Below, piece by piece: positions 9,967-20,900 of a stretch of 64,000 nt of DNA (the stretch's first letter is position 1; each line of letters starts with the position of its first letter). The notes under the pieces were generated by a model. The model searched no databases, was not told the origin of the DNA, and saw only the letters and a program-made list of their open reading frames with translations. The position numbers were made by a program, and so were the translations under genes. Source of the stretch: Frisingicoccus sp. (GTDB lineage: Bacteria > Bacillota > Clostridia > Lachnospirales > Lachnospiraceae); assembly GCF_016298055.1 (NCBI RefSeq), contig NZ_JAEDDO010000001.1. One strand, 5' to 3'.

Positions 9967-11406
9967 ATGAACTATGGAAGTATACGCTATATCATAGGCT
10001 GGATTTTGAGAGTAGAAGGTATTTTAATGATCATGCCGATGCTTGTGGCATTAATTTATCGTGAACGCAGCGGCATTGCCTTTGTCATCAGTGCATTGAT
10101 CTGTATTCTTGTCGGCACACTGCTCTCATCAAAAAAGCCTAAAAAAACCACATATTATGCAAGAGAAGGATATATTTCTGTTGCTCTCGGATGGATTATC
10201 ATGAGTATGACCGGATGCATGCCTTTTGTATTGTCTGGTGAGATTCCTTCTTTTATCGATGCATTTTTTGAGATTGTTTCAGGATTTACGACAACAGGAG
10301 CAAGCATTTTATCAGACGTTGAAGCCCTATCCAAAAGCATGTTGTTCTGGCGAAGCTTTTCTCACTGGATTGGCGGCATGGGCGTTCTCGTTTTTATTCT
10401 GGCAATTTTGCCTTTAGCCGGCGGTGAACATAACCTTCAGCTTATGAAAGCTGAGTCACCGGGACCGTCCGTATCGAAACTGGTACCTCGTCTCAGAGAG
10501 ACGGCAATCATGCTTTACAAAATATATTTTGGAATGACAGTTGTCATGGTGATTCTTCTCATACTGGGAAAGATGCCCGTATTCGATGCATTGTGCATTG
10601 CTTTCGGAACAGCCGGCACCGGAGGCTTTGGCGTGCTTAACAGCAGCCTGGCAAGCTATGGTACATATGTTCAGATCGTTACAACCGTGTTTATGATGCT
10701 TTTTGGAGTGAATTTTTCCTTTTATTTTTTAATTCTCTACAGGAAGGCAAAAGATGCTTTTTCTATGGAAGAAGTACGGTGGTATTTTATTATCTACTTT
10801 GGTGCGGTTATTATGATCACGATCAATATTGGGGGTCAGGCCGGCGGTGTACTGGAGCATTTCCACCAGGCTGCTTTTCAGGCCGCCTCCATTATGACGA
10901 CCACCGGCTTTTCGACCGTGGATTTTGATTTGTGGCCTTCCTTTTCGAAGGGCATACTGCTGGCCTTAATGTTCATCGGAGCCTGTGCGGGAAGTACCGG
11001 CGGCGGTATGAAAGTATCACGCGTTATTGTGTACCTGAAAACAGTTAAAAGAGAAATGGCTGCGTTGATTCATCCGAGAAGTATCCGCGTGACAAAGCTG
11101 GACGGAAAGGCACTTGATGATACAGTGCTGCGCTCCATTTTTGCTTTTTTGTCGGCATATATTATTATTTTTGTAGTATCGATTTTGATCGTCAGTCTGG
11201 ATGGATTTGATTTTGAAACTAATTTTTCGGCGGTAGCCGCCACCTTTAATAATATTGGACCCGGATTTCACGCGGTAGGTCCGACGGCCAACTTTTCAGC
11301 CTATTCAATTTTGTCAAAAATTATTCTGGCACTGGATATGTTGATCGGGCGATTGGAGATTTTCCCTATTTTGCTGTTATTTGCACCATCTACGTGGAAA
11401 AGATAA
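9967..11406 (+). CDS. trkH: Trk potassium uptake membrane subunit
   Basis: SGFTTTG, TTTGF, GACAGSTGGG, NNIGPG, GRLE pore motifs. Confidence 0.94.
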   Translation: MNYGSIRYIIGWILRVEGILMIMPMLVALIYRERSGIAFVISALICILVGTLLSSKKPKKTTYYAREGYISVALGWIIMSMTGCMPFVLSGEIPSFIDAFFEIVSGFTTTGASILSDVEALSKSMLFWRSFSHWIGGMGVLVFILAILPLAGGEHNLQLMKAESPGPSVSKLVPRLRETAIMLYKIYFGMTVVMVILLILGKMPVFDALCIAFGTAGTGGFGVLNSSLASYGTYVQIVTTVFMMLFGVNFSFYFLILYRKAKDAFSMEEVRWYFIIYFGAVIMITINIGGQAGGVLEHFHQAAFQAASIMTTTGFSTVDFDLWPSFSKGILLALMFIGACAGSTGGGMKVSRVIVYLKTVKREMAALIHPRSIRVTKLDGKALDDTVLRSIFAFLSAYIIIFVVSILIVSLDGFDFETNFSAVAATFNNIGPGFHAVGPTANFSAYSILSKIILALDMLIGRLEIFPILLLFAPSTWKR

Positions 11407-11407
11407 T

Positions 11408-12115
11408 TTAGAGTATTTGAGAAAGAGGAACGATTTCGTAACCTCTTTCTTTTAATTTTGGGATAATAATTTTAAGAGCCGGTGCAGCAAAAGGTGTATC
11501 CACATGCATGCGGATAATCGTTCCGTTACCCAGATTCGGATCTTTACAGAGCAGACGTGCGATGACTTTTGCATTTTTTATTTTCCAGTCCATAGAATCA
11601 CAGGTCCATTCCACGGTCTGATAACCACATTCAGCCGCTACTTTTATGACTGTATTGTTAAATGAGGAAAAAGGGCATCGGAAAAAAGTCATTTGAAAGC
11701 CTGTAAGTTCTTCTGTTTTTTTATGAAGACGGATAATTTCATCCCGGCATTCCTCTTCGGATAATTGATTCATGGCGATGTGATTATTGCCGTGATTGCC
11801 AAGCTCATGACCGGAGTCTACAAGCTGTCTGGTTTCTTCGGGATAATTATCCAGCCACTTCCCTGTAATAAAAAAAGTGGCAGATATATTATAAGTATCA
11901 AGGACATCCAGAATATCCGGGAGATATTTGGCTGTATTTTCTGTGTCAAAGGTAATTGCAATACGCGGATTTTGACGGTCGCCACAATAGATCGGGGAAT
12001 TTTCCGAGGAGGCGGAAGTTGATATATGGATATTGGATGGGATCCATTCCATTAGAAGTAAAAAAATGAGAAAGACGCTGCATATAATGCAGCCGGTTTT
12101 GATGAAATCTTTCAT
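11408..12115 (-). CDS. Polysaccharide deacetylase (NodB domain, PdaB-like) with N-terminal membrane anchor
   Basis: ITFD, ATFFITG, GHELGNH..H, FFRCPF, DSMDWK motifs; start moved to ATG 12115 after an AAAGGA SD. Confidence 0.8.
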   Translation of the reverse strand: MKDFIKTGCIICSVFLIFLLLMEWIPSNIHISTSASSENSPIYCGDRQNPRIAITFDTENTAKYLPDILDVLDTYNISATFFITGKWLDNYPEETRQLVDSGHELGNHGNNHIAMNQLSEEECRDEIIRLHKKTEELTGFQMTFFRCPFSSFNNTVIKVAAECGYQTVEWTCDSMDWKIKNAKVIARLLCKDPNLGNGTIIRMHVDTPFAAPALKIIIPKLKERGYEIVPLSQIL

Positions 12116-12185
12116 AAGGATCCTTTTTATTTTAATATATGAATATAAAATAAAAAAATCCCTCAGAGAGAGATTTCTTTTAAAA

Positions 12186-13106
12186 TCAGCGCAAAATGAT
12201 ATAAACGGAATAGGCAGCGTAGGCAGCCACACAGAGTGCACCCATAAAACGCCCCATTGTTCCGCGTATTCTGCAAAAAATATAGATGACAGTGGTCATG
12301 ATGATTAAGATCAGTATATCCATCATGGCCGTTTCCTGGGCAGCGATTGGATGAACCGTTGAGGAAAGTCCGAGAATAAATAAAATATTAAACAGATTGG
12401 AACCGACGACATTTCCGAGAGCCAGACCGCTTTCACCCTTTCGTGAAGCCGTAATGGATGTGACAAGTTCGGGCAGGGAAGTTCCAATAGCAACGATTGT
12501 CAAACCGATCAGTGTTTCGCTTAAACCGAAAGCAGCAGCAATTCGGCAGGCATTATCAACAACCAGATCACCGCCGAAAATAATGGCAGCAAGTCCAAGG
12601 ACGATGTAGAGCAGGCTTGTGTGCATAGGAAGATAATGTTCCTGAACGTCAATATCTATGGTATGGCGGATGGCTGAAACAACAGTAAGTGAAAGATATC
12701 CGATCATCAGTGTCAACAGTATAAGACCTTCCGGACGGGAAAGACGATTGTCACGAATGAAATATAATAAAATGACAGAGCTCAAAATTGCCAGAGGAAA
12801 GTCTCTGTTTAAAATACTCTGATCAATAATAAAAGGTTGGATCAGAGCGCAGATGCCGACAATGAGGACAAGGTTAAAAATATTGGAACCAATAACATTA
12901 CTTAATGCAAGATCATTGCTTCCGGCCAGACCGGCAGTGATACTGACAGCGGCTTCCGGTGCACTTGTTCCAAGAGCGACAACGGTCAGTCCGATGACGA
13001 CGGAAGGGACTTTTAAAAGCTTTGCGATGGCGGAGCTGCCCTCCACGAAATAATCGGCTCCTTTAATTAAAAGGAAAAATCCGATGATTAACAGTATATA
13101 CATCAT
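12186..13106 (-). CDS. Calcium/sodium antiporter (YrbG family)
   Basis: Two alpha repeats: GTSAPE...GSNIFN and GTSLPE...GSNLFN. Confidence 0.93.
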   Translation of the reverse strand: MMYILLIIGFFLLIKGADYFVEGSSAIAKLLKVPSVVIGLTVVALGTSAPEAAVSITAGLAGSNDLALSNVIGSNIFNLVLIVGICALIQPFIIDQSILNRDFPLAILSSVILLYFIRDNRLSRPEGLILLTLMIGYLSLTVVSAIRHTIDIDVQEHYLPMHTSLLYIVLGLAAIIFGGDLVVDNACRIAAAFGLSETLIGLTIVAIGTSLPELVTSITASRKGESGLALGNVVGSNLFNILFILGLSSTVHPIAAQETAMMDILILIIMTTVIYIFCRIRGTMGRFMGALCVAAYAAYSVYIILR

Positions 13107-13122
13107 GATATTTTAATCTCCT

Positions 13123-13389
13123 TTACTCTTCTATAATATGGACTTCAAGATAATCAAAGTCGATTTCTTCAACAAAATTATCCTGAACAAAGCGGGTTTT
13201 ATTATGTTTTTGAAATTCACGTATGTTGGCGTCAAGCCAGATTGGCTGAGCCAGATCGAATTGGCTGCAGGCATCGGAAACGGCCTTAAAGACTTTGGCT
13301 GTCCGGCTCATCTGTTCATCTTCAATACAGATGACGGTGTCTTTCACCAGACGATTATCTGTAAAAATTTTCATCCACATACGAAACAT
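13123..13389 (-). CDS. Conserved hypothetical protein (88 aa)
   Basis: AAAGGAG SD; protein-like composition; stop overlaps the RBS of the antiporter gene. Confidence 0.75.
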   Translation of the reverse strand: MFRMWMKIFTDNRLVKDTVICIEDEQMSRTAKVFKAVSDACSQFDLAQPIWLDANIREFQKHNKTRFVQDNFVEEIDFDYLEVHIIEE

Positions 13390-13466
13390 GGCATCGATCT
13401 CCTTTCAATTACAGCATTATAGCGGAGAGAAAGCAGGGAATCAAGGTTTATTTAAAGAAAAGTATT

Positions 13467-13494
13467 TTGCACACAAGACTTACTGTGCTATAAT
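13467..13494 (+). promoter_or_regulatory. Extended -10 sigma-A promoter with a short palindrome
   Basis: TTGCAC-16nt-TATAAT with TG at -15/-14; GCACA...TGTGC dyad across the spacer. Confidence 0.5.
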
Positions 13495-13536
13495 CATTAA
13501 GAAACTATGTGCATGCAGCTTCAGAAGGAGAATCTT

Positions 13537-14058
13537 ATGGTTGAAGGACATATTCGAAGAGAGCGGATACTTGATATTTTAAAGAACAGTTCGGTGCCGG
13601 TTTCCGGAAGCAGATTATCAAAGGAACTGGGTGTAAGCCGTCAGGTGATCGTCCAGGATATTGCATTGCTCCGGGCAGGGTGCGAGGAGATTTTTGCAAC
13701 TCCGAAGGGCTATGTTTTATATCGTCAGGGTCCGGCGAAGAGATACAGGCGGACGTTTATGGTGAATCATACAAAGGAGCAGATCGTCGATGAACTTTCG
13801 CTTATTGTAGATAATGGAGGAAAGGTTCTGAATGTTATTGTTGCCCATGATGTCTATGGACAGATACAGGCAGATCTGGTGCTTGAGACAAAGCAGGATG
13901 TGATGGAATTTTACCGCCGTATGAGTACAAGCGAGGCAGGACCGCTTCTTCAGATATCCAAGGGGATTCACATCCATACCGTGGAAGCTGCATCCGAACG
14001 TATCCTGGATAATATCCAGAGGGATTTAAAAGAGAAAGGATATCTGGTAGTACAGTAG
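13537..14058 (+). CDS. niaR: NiaR-type niacin-responsive transcription repressor (HTH_11 + 3H domain)
   Basis: GVSRQVIVQDIALLRA HTH; H.VYG and GIHIHT 3H motifs; AAGGAG SD. Confidence 0.88.
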   Translation: MVEGHIRRERILDILKNSSVPVSGSRLSKELGVSRQVIVQDIALLRAGCEEIFATPKGYVLYRQGPAKRYRRTFMVNHTKEQIVDELSLIVDNGGKVLNVIVAHDVYGQIQADLVLETKQDVMEFYRRMSTSEAGPLLQISKGIHIHTVEAASERILDNIQRDLKEKGYLVVQ

Positions 14059-14072
14059 AGGAGAGACGGAAG

Positions 14073-15143
14073 ATGAAAACAATAGGGAAATTTCTATCCC
14101 ACATATTTATTGATGGCCTCAGCGGAATGGGACTTGGACTTTTTTCAACGCTGATCATCGGAACGATCATGAAACAGATCGGTGATCTGATTGGCGGAGA
14201 TATCGGTATGTATATATCCACTTTTGCCATCATTGCACAGCGTTTGACCGGTGCCGGAATCGGTGTGGGCGTAGCTTATAAGTTTAAAGAATCTGTGTAT
14301 GTGACATTATCTGCAACTGCGGCAGGTATGATTGGTGCCTATGCAAGTGCCATTTCTGCGGGAACGCTTCTGACAGAAAGCGGAGCATTGGCTTTATCCG
14401 GACCGGGAGAGCCTCTCGGAGCATTTATTGCAGCTTATGTAGGAATTGAACTTGGTCATCTTGTTGCGGGACGTACCAAGATTGACTTGCTTGTGACCCC
14501 GGCGGTCACGATTCTGACAGGCGGTGCTGTCGGAATCATTGTCGGACCTCCGATTTCAAGATTTATGACATGGCTTGGAGGCATCATCAACTGGGGTACG
14601 GAACAGCAGCCGATTATTATGGGAATTGTTGTTGCGGTCGTTATGGGTATGGTATTGACATTGCCGATCAGCTCGGCAGCATTGGGGATCATTCTGGGAC
14701 TGAACGGTGTGGCAGCCGGTGCAGCGACGATAGGATGCTGTTGTCAGATGGTTGGTTTTGCGGTGATGAGTTATGAGGATAATGGATTTGGCGGTCTGTT
14801 GTCTCAGGGCCTTGGAACAAGTATGCTTCAGGTTCCGAATATTGTACGTCATCCCCTGATTTGGATTCCGCCGATTTTTTCGTCGGCTATTTTGGGGCCG
14901 ATTGCCATCTGTCCGCTGTTTAATATGACGAACAATGCGACAGGATCCGGAATGGGGACTTCCGGCCTTGTCGGTCAGATTATGACTTATCAAACGATGA
15001 CAGCGGTTGAATCTCCGACGATTGTTATAGTGAAAATGATCATTTTCCATTTTATTTTGCCGGCAGTTTTGACAATGGGCGCAGCGCAGGTCATGCGTAA
15101 GATGGGATACATACGTCAGGGAGATATGAAATTACAAGTATAA
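14073..15143 (+). CDS. PTS EIIC-like (EIIC_2 family) membrane protein
   Basis: LSGMGLGLFSTLIIG, LTLPISSAA, QGLGTSMLQVPNI, SGMGTSGLVG. Confidence 0.8.
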   Translation: MKTIGKFLSHIFIDGLSGMGLGLFSTLIIGTIMKQIGDLIGGDIGMYISTFAIIAQRLTGAGIGVGVAYKFKESVYVTLSATAAGMIGAYASAISAGTLLTESGALALSGPGEPLGAFIAAYVGIELGHLVAGRTKIDLLVTPAVTILTGGAVGIIVGPPISRFMTWLGGIINWGTEQQPIIMGIVVAVVMGMVLTLPISSAALGIILGLNGVAAGAATIGCCCQMVGFAVMSYEDNGFGGLLSQGLGTSMLQVPNIVRHPLIWIPPIFSSAILGPIAICPLFNMTNNATGSGMGTSGLVGQIMTYQTMTAVESPTIVIVKMIIFHFILPAVLTMGAAQVMRKMGYIRQGDMKLQV

Positions 15144-15163
15144 ACGCAGGAGGAATTTTATTT

Positions 15164-15700
15164 ATGAATGACATTATTACACAATTGGCGCATGGCGGCG
15201 CCATCATTCTTGCAGCTATTGGGTTTTTGGTTTTCTATCTGACTCAGATATGGAAATCGATTCATGTGGAAGAGTCTTTTGGGGAAAAGATATGCCATGT
15301 AAAGCAGCCTAAGAAAGAGTGGCTGACACTGGCATTTATCGTTGTGGTAGGAATCGTTGTTGTCATACGTCTGTTTATGGAACGGGCCACACCGAACCCG
15401 AATATGCCGGAAAGCTATTATACGATATTGACGGGAGCCATTGTTCTTGTTGCCGGCCTGATACTTTTTCTGGCCATTCGTACGATCAGTCCGACAAAGA
15501 TTTTTTCCAACGGCGTGCTTGTACATGATTATGGTTATGTTGCATGGGATGATATTCGCTCAGTAGACAAGACGCCAAAAGGCAAATTTCAGGTGTATCT
15601 GACAAAGCCGAGGCAGTTCAAAGGAAAAATGTTTTATATAGCGTACGATAAAGAGCAGGAAGAAGAATTAATTGATATTTTTCGCAAATATGTTTGTTGA
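15164..15700 (+). CDS. Membrane protein with C-terminal PH-like (DUF5673-like) domain
   Basis: AGGAGG SD; three TM helices then NGVLVHDYGYVAWDDI. Confidence 0.6.
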   Translation: MNDIITQLAHGGAIILAAIGFLVFYLTQIWKSIHVEESFGEKICHVKQPKKEWLTLAFIVVVGIVVVIRLFMERATPNPNMPESYYTILTGAIVLVAGLILFLAIRTISPTKIFSNGVLVHDYGYVAWDDIRSVDKTPKGKFQVYLTKPRQFKGKMFYIAYDKEQEEELIDIFRKYVC

Positions 15701-15719
15701 TTAATTTAAGGAGGCTTCC

Positions 15720-17243
15720 ATGGGAACAGAATCGCATATTTTAATTCATGAGATGATCGACGGGCATGAAGAACGGATGATAAACTTAAAAAAGTTTTAT
15801 CCTTTTTTCAGACTTTGCGATCATGCACTGACTCAGTTCAGAGAAGGACGGTACGAAAGGATAGATATGGGATATGTGACCATGGCTGTCCTCCGTTTTT
15901 TTATTGAAGAAAACAGTTTTAATGACCGCAAGGTAGTCTATGAAGAATACGAGAGTTTTATGAGAGAGCTGTTGTGCCGGGATTTTTATCTGGACAGAGA
16001 TGATACGGGCATAACCGAATTGATTCAGTATATTTTTGATAAGATCACAAATGAAGGACGGCCCTTCTATTTTGAGTATTATGAGCCAAAGACCGGACAA
16101 AAGAAAGCTGCAAGAACACGGCTTATTGAAAGCCATTATCAAGAGGGGATCGTTGCCTATACAATATCCTCAGATGCGGTTGAGTTTTATCTGGAAACAA
16201 AGGAGATGAAGGATGAAAGCCGGATCAGCATTGAGCAGCTCCTCCTGAATAAAATGATCCGTTCAAAAAATTTTAAAGGCGGGTTGGAGGTCATTCGTCG
16301 TATAAACAGTGAAGTCACCCGGCTTATGCTGAAACAGAATGAAATTGTGACGCTTTTAAGCCATAATATTTTTGAGGGTGTGAAGGAACTGGATCATTTT
16401 TCAAAAAGCGGACTTCGGTGGTTTGATGAAGAGCAAAAGCTCTTTGATACCAATCTGGAGCTGGTGAAGAAGGCGCTTCTTAAGGCACAGGAAGAGGATT
16501 ACAATTCCCATGCCCTGGATGAGATTTTTTGTCTGAATCAGGAGCTTAAAAGGGCTATGGATCGGCATGAAGCACTTTTATCTGCCTGTACGAAACTTCA
16601 GGTTCAGGCGGATGAGATGATGATCAAAGCGAAACACAGCCGTTTCAGAAGGCGTATGGATTTTTCGGATCTTCTTAGAAAAGCGATGGAAAAAGATGAT
16701 ATAAGGCTTTTAGAAAGTATGGTGTCGCCATTGTTTGGTGTGAAGATTAAAAAAACGATGGGTTTTGGATGCCTGGATGAATGTCTTTTGTGCAGAAACG
16801 GCGAAGAGGAAAAGGGAGAGGCAGAGCCGGAAGGCATCGAAGAAAACTATGTATTTGAAGATGAGATTGAGGAGGAACGTATTTACCACAATTTCAGTCT
16901 GCTTTTAAGAATTCTTTTCGATACGCTTCTTTCACGAAAAAGTCTGATGTTAGAAGAACTCCAGCATTTGTATATTATGAAGTTTACAGAAAACATTTTA
17001 AATAATGGAGATTATTATGGATTTCTTGCGCATTTGAGTCAGAAAGATTACTATCATCTGATGCAGATACGCGAAAAACCGGATACATTTTTGGAGGAGA
17101 TCATGGCAGAGCTTGTGATGAAGGATCGAAATAAAAACTATGAAGATTTGAGCTTTTCATTAGAGTTTCTTCCGGATCAGAAGCTGGATGCGGGCAAGGA
17201 AAATTATATTACAAATATTCGATTTGAAAGGCAGGGCATGTGA
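15720..17243 (+). CDS. JetA/MksF-like kleisin subunit of an SMC complex
   Basis: AAGGAGG SD; ~500 aa helical protein, first of an overlapping trio ending in an SMC ATPase. Confidence 0.65.
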   Translation: MGTESHILIHEMIDGHEERMINLKKFYPFFRLCDHALTQFREGRYERIDMGYVTMAVLRFFIEENSFNDRKVVYEEYESFMRELLCRDFYLDRDDTGITELIQYIFDKITNEGRPFYFEYYEPKTGQKKAARTRLIESHYQEGIVAYTISSDAVEFYLETKEMKDESRISIEQLLLNKMIRSKNFKGGLEVIRRINSEVTRLMLKQNEIVTLLSHNIFEGVKELDHFSKSGLRWFDEEQKLFDTNLELVKKALLKAQEEDYNSHALDEIFCLNQELKRAMDRHEALLSACTKLQVQADEMMIKAKHSRFRRRMDFSDLLRKAMEKDDIRLLESMVSPLFGVKIKKTMGFGCLDECLLCRNGEEEKGEAEPEGIEENYVFEDEIEEERIYHNFSLLLRILFDTLLSRKSLMLEELQHLYIMKFTENILNNGDYYGFLAHLSQKDYYHLMQIREKPDTFLEEIMAELVMKDRNKNYEDLSFSLEFLPDQKLDAGKENYITNIRFERQGM

Positions 17244-17962
17244 TGGATAATGTAAATCTGGATAAAGCCATGGAGATATTTGCGCTGTTGATCGTAGGCG
17301 AAGAGATCGGCAGTGAATCGCATACGGAACTGTATGAGGAATATCGGAATAACAGTGAGGTTTACGATATCCTTATGTCTGTATTGAAAAAATCAAATTT
17401 AAAATTATATGAATTCGGGAATTGTCTTTATGTGACCGCGGGCGAGGGCAACAGAATTTTCGGCTTTACGAATGATGAGTTAAAGCGAACGATCGGGCTT
17501 CGGCTGAATAAGGAATTATATCTTGCATACTTTATTATGTATAATGTGATTTTGCTTTTTTATCAGGATTCCGGAAGTTTTTCTCATATTGATTATGTCC
17601 GAAGCGAAGATGTTATTTCCCAGACAGACAGTTCTATGCAGAAAGCTTTAAAAGCAGTGCATGAGAAAGCATTGAACGCATCCGAAGAAAACAGTTTTGA
17701 GATACTGGCAGCACTTTGGGAGGATATGCCTCTTGTGCCGTCAAATGATGATATGACATCTTTAAAAGCAGCCAGAGGATCTAAAACAGGATTTGTCAAG
17801 CTTGTGTTTAATTTTTTAGTTTCTCAGGATTTATTTTTTGAATCTCAGGGCCGATACTATATTAAACAGCGTTTCAAAGCTCTGGCAGAAAATTACTATG
17901 AGGAAAACAGGGGACGTCTGTATGCTATTGTGACAGGAGGTGATTTGAATGCCTCATATTAA
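17240..17962 (+). CDS. JetB/MksE-like KITE subunit (DUF6063-like)
   Basis: 240 aa; FGFTNDELK and LAYFIMYNVILLFY segments recalled from this family; coupled to both neighbours. Confidence 0.65.
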   Translation: MMDNVNLDKAMEIFALLIVGEEIGSESHTELYEEYRNNSEVYDILMSVLKKSNLKLYEFGNCLYVTAGEGNRIFGFTNDELKRTIGLRLNKELYLAYFIMYNVILLFYQDSGSFSHIDYVRSEDVISQTDSSMQKALKAVHEKALNASEENSFEILAALWEDMPLVPSNDDMTSLKAARGSKTGFVKLVFNFLVSQDLFFESQGRYYIKQRFKALAENYYEENRGRLYAIVTGGDLNASY

Positions 17963-20900
17963 TCGTATCCGGGTGAATAATGTAAAGTATAATTTTGGTA
18001 CACAGTTTTATGATAACTTTATCTTAAGATTTGATGGAAAAAATGCACTTTATGATCTGGCTAACGGCGGAGGAAAAAGTGTGTTAATGCTTCTTCTTTT
18101 CCAGAACCTGATCCCGAACTGTACACTGGATGACAAACAGCCTGTTGAAAAGCTGTTTCGCACAGATCAGGGAAGCACCACGATTCATTCAATGATTGAG
18201 TGGAAACTGGATGAACGTTTTATAAAAGATGGCTATAAGTATATGCTGACGGGATTTTGTGCCCGTAAAGCGCGGGAAGAACAGAAAGAAACGGCGGCCA
18301 TTGAATATTTTAATTATATTATTTTTTATAGAGGATATAATGACAATGACCTGGTCAATCTTCCGCTCTCCAACGGGAAAGAGCGTGTCACTTATACCGG
18401 ATTGAAAAATTATCTGAAGGATCTTGGCAAAAAGGATATGAGTCTGGATATTCGTATATTTGAACGTAAGGGTGAGTATCAGCGCTATATCAGTCAGTAT
18501 GGTCTATACGAAAGTCATTGGGAAATTTTACGTGGAATTAATAAAACAGAAGGACATGTACGTACATATTTTGAAAATCGTTATAGGACGACACGAAAAA
18601 TTGTCGAAGACCTTCTGATCGAGGAGATCATTCAAAGAGCCTTTTCACAAAACAGTCAGTCGGGAGCGGATATGGCGGATACCCTTGTTCAGATCAAGGA
18701 TAAATTGGCAGAACTGGCGGAGAGAAAAGAAGAGATGGGTGCCTATGAGCGTCAGACAGAGATACTTGAAAGTCTTTCCGGACGCACAGGTATACTCAAG
18801 AAAGCCTATGAGGAAAAAGAAGAGCTGGATACCAATCTGGTAAAAACCTATCATACAGTAGCCGGATTAAAGCGGCTGCGGGAAAAAGATCTGGCTGTGT
18901 ATCAGAAAGAGAAAGAGTATGCCGCAAAGCACAGGCATGAGATTTCGAGAAAACTGGATACGGTACGTATTCAGAAAAATCAGGAACTTTTGAAACAGCT
19001 GGAAGAAGACACTGAAAAATATGCGGCGGAGCTTTCCGGTATGGAGGAAGAATATAAGAAAAAACAGAGAGCTCTGGATATGGAAGAAGCTGTCCGGGAT
19101 TATATAATTTACATGGATGTGAAGTCAAAATGGGAGGCATTGAAGGTGCTTTTATCCCATGATCAAAACGACAGTGACGGAAGACTTAAGGAACTGAATC
19201 ATCTCGCAGCTATGCGCCGGGTTTGTGACGGAGAGGAAAGGGAGCGGCTGCAAAAGAAACTGTCTGCCGTCGAGAAGGCAGAAAGTGAGACAAAAGAGAG
19301 TCATCAACAGTCACAGGAGATGGAACGTCAGCTTTTTTGTGAGGGGGCAGTTCTTGACAGTCAGCTTCTGGAAGAAAAGAAACGGGAAAATGAGTCTCAG
19401 GAAGTCCTGAATGGGCTTCTTTGCCAACTCCCGGTTCTTATTCCTGAAAATGCAGATCAGATCCTCTCAGAGAAAAAACAGCTTCGCGGTGCGAATGAAC
19501 TGAAATATCAACAATTATCTGAAAAACAGTTGAATCTGGAGAAAGATATTGTCGGTTACGAATCAGAAATTGAACAGTGTAAAGCACATAGGGAAAAACT
19601 TTTGAGAGAAAAAGAAGAATTGGATCGCTTTTTCAGTCAGTATACCATTGAGAGAGAAAAAAGTGAGCAGCTTGTACAAATTTATCATTCGCCGGATATC
19701 ACAAGCCTTCTTGAAAATATCGACAGTCAGCTCCGGAAAACAATTCTTGACATTGAGTTAAAATCAAGAGAGATTCAGCTTCTTCGGAAAAAGCTTACAC
19801 ACCTTTCAGAAGGCAATCCGACCGTCATGGGAGAGGAAACCGCAGAAGTGATCGAATATATTCGGAAGTGTCACGGGCATAAGTGCATTTTTGGAGGCGA
19901 TTATCTGAAAGAAGTTTCAGATTATGATCGGGATATTTTAATTGAGCGGATGCCCTTTCTTCCGGAAGCTGTCATTGTAGAGAGTGGACTGGCAGATATT
20001 CGGGGCGATGCTGTACTTATGCAGATGGATACAGGTGACAGAGTGATTCCGGTTGTATCTCTTCCGCAGGTTATGCGCCAGGAAGAGGTCATTGTGAGTC
20101 AGGAAATTCTTTTTTTGTCCGGCAATCCGGAACTGTATAAAAATCCTTCTGCCCGTCAGGAAATGTGTGACGGTATACAGAATAAACTTGAACAGTGTGT
20201 AAACAAAATGGCCCGATTAAAAGATCGTGAGAAAACAATTCAAACAGATCGAAAATATATGATAGGATTTGAATTAAATTACGAGGTGTATTATTCTGAA
20301 AAATCGGAACAATCTGTACGGGTTATGCATCAGTTGGAGGAAGAAAGTAAGAGGATTTTAAAATATGAGGAATCTCTCGGACTTTCTCGTGATGCTTTAG
20401 AGGGCAATCGAAAACTTGTGCAGCGAATGGAAGAAGAGAACCGAAATCTGGATTCAGATATTGAATTGCTCAGCCAGATGAAACATTGTGTTGAGCAATT
20501 AAAAACGATACGGGATAAGCAAAAAAAACTGGAAGCGGCACAGAGAAAAAATGCAGACCTTAGGAAAAACGAAGAAGAAAAAATCCGGTATACACAGGAT
20601 ACGATCGAACGTCTTGAAAATGAGAGAAAAGCATTGCTTGAGGGCATTGAAAATCTGGATAAACAGTGGCGGGAAGTCTATGAACCCTATTATATTTCGG
20701 GAACGGAGGAAACTCCGGATATTTCATCTTCGGATATTGATGCCCGGTTTAAAGGTATCAGAGAGGCTTATGAGAGAGAACATCTGGATCTGGAAGATAA
20801 GAAACAGCTTATGGAGAGCTACCGACAGACAATGGATACGCTGTTAGCATCGGTTCGCAGAAAGGATATATCTGTGGTGACTCTTGAAAATATGGCAAAA

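Noticed and set aside
12116-12241. ORF-track N-terminal extensions (deacetylase here; also metK, etfB, moaC, the hydroxyacid dehydrogenase and murA)
   Set aside because: Downstream ATGs have clear SD sequences and match the family N-termini
15164-15700. Upstream gene as a JetD substitute
   Set aside because: Small three-TM protein with no TOPRIM or nuclease motifs; nothing beyond adjacency links it to the SMC trio
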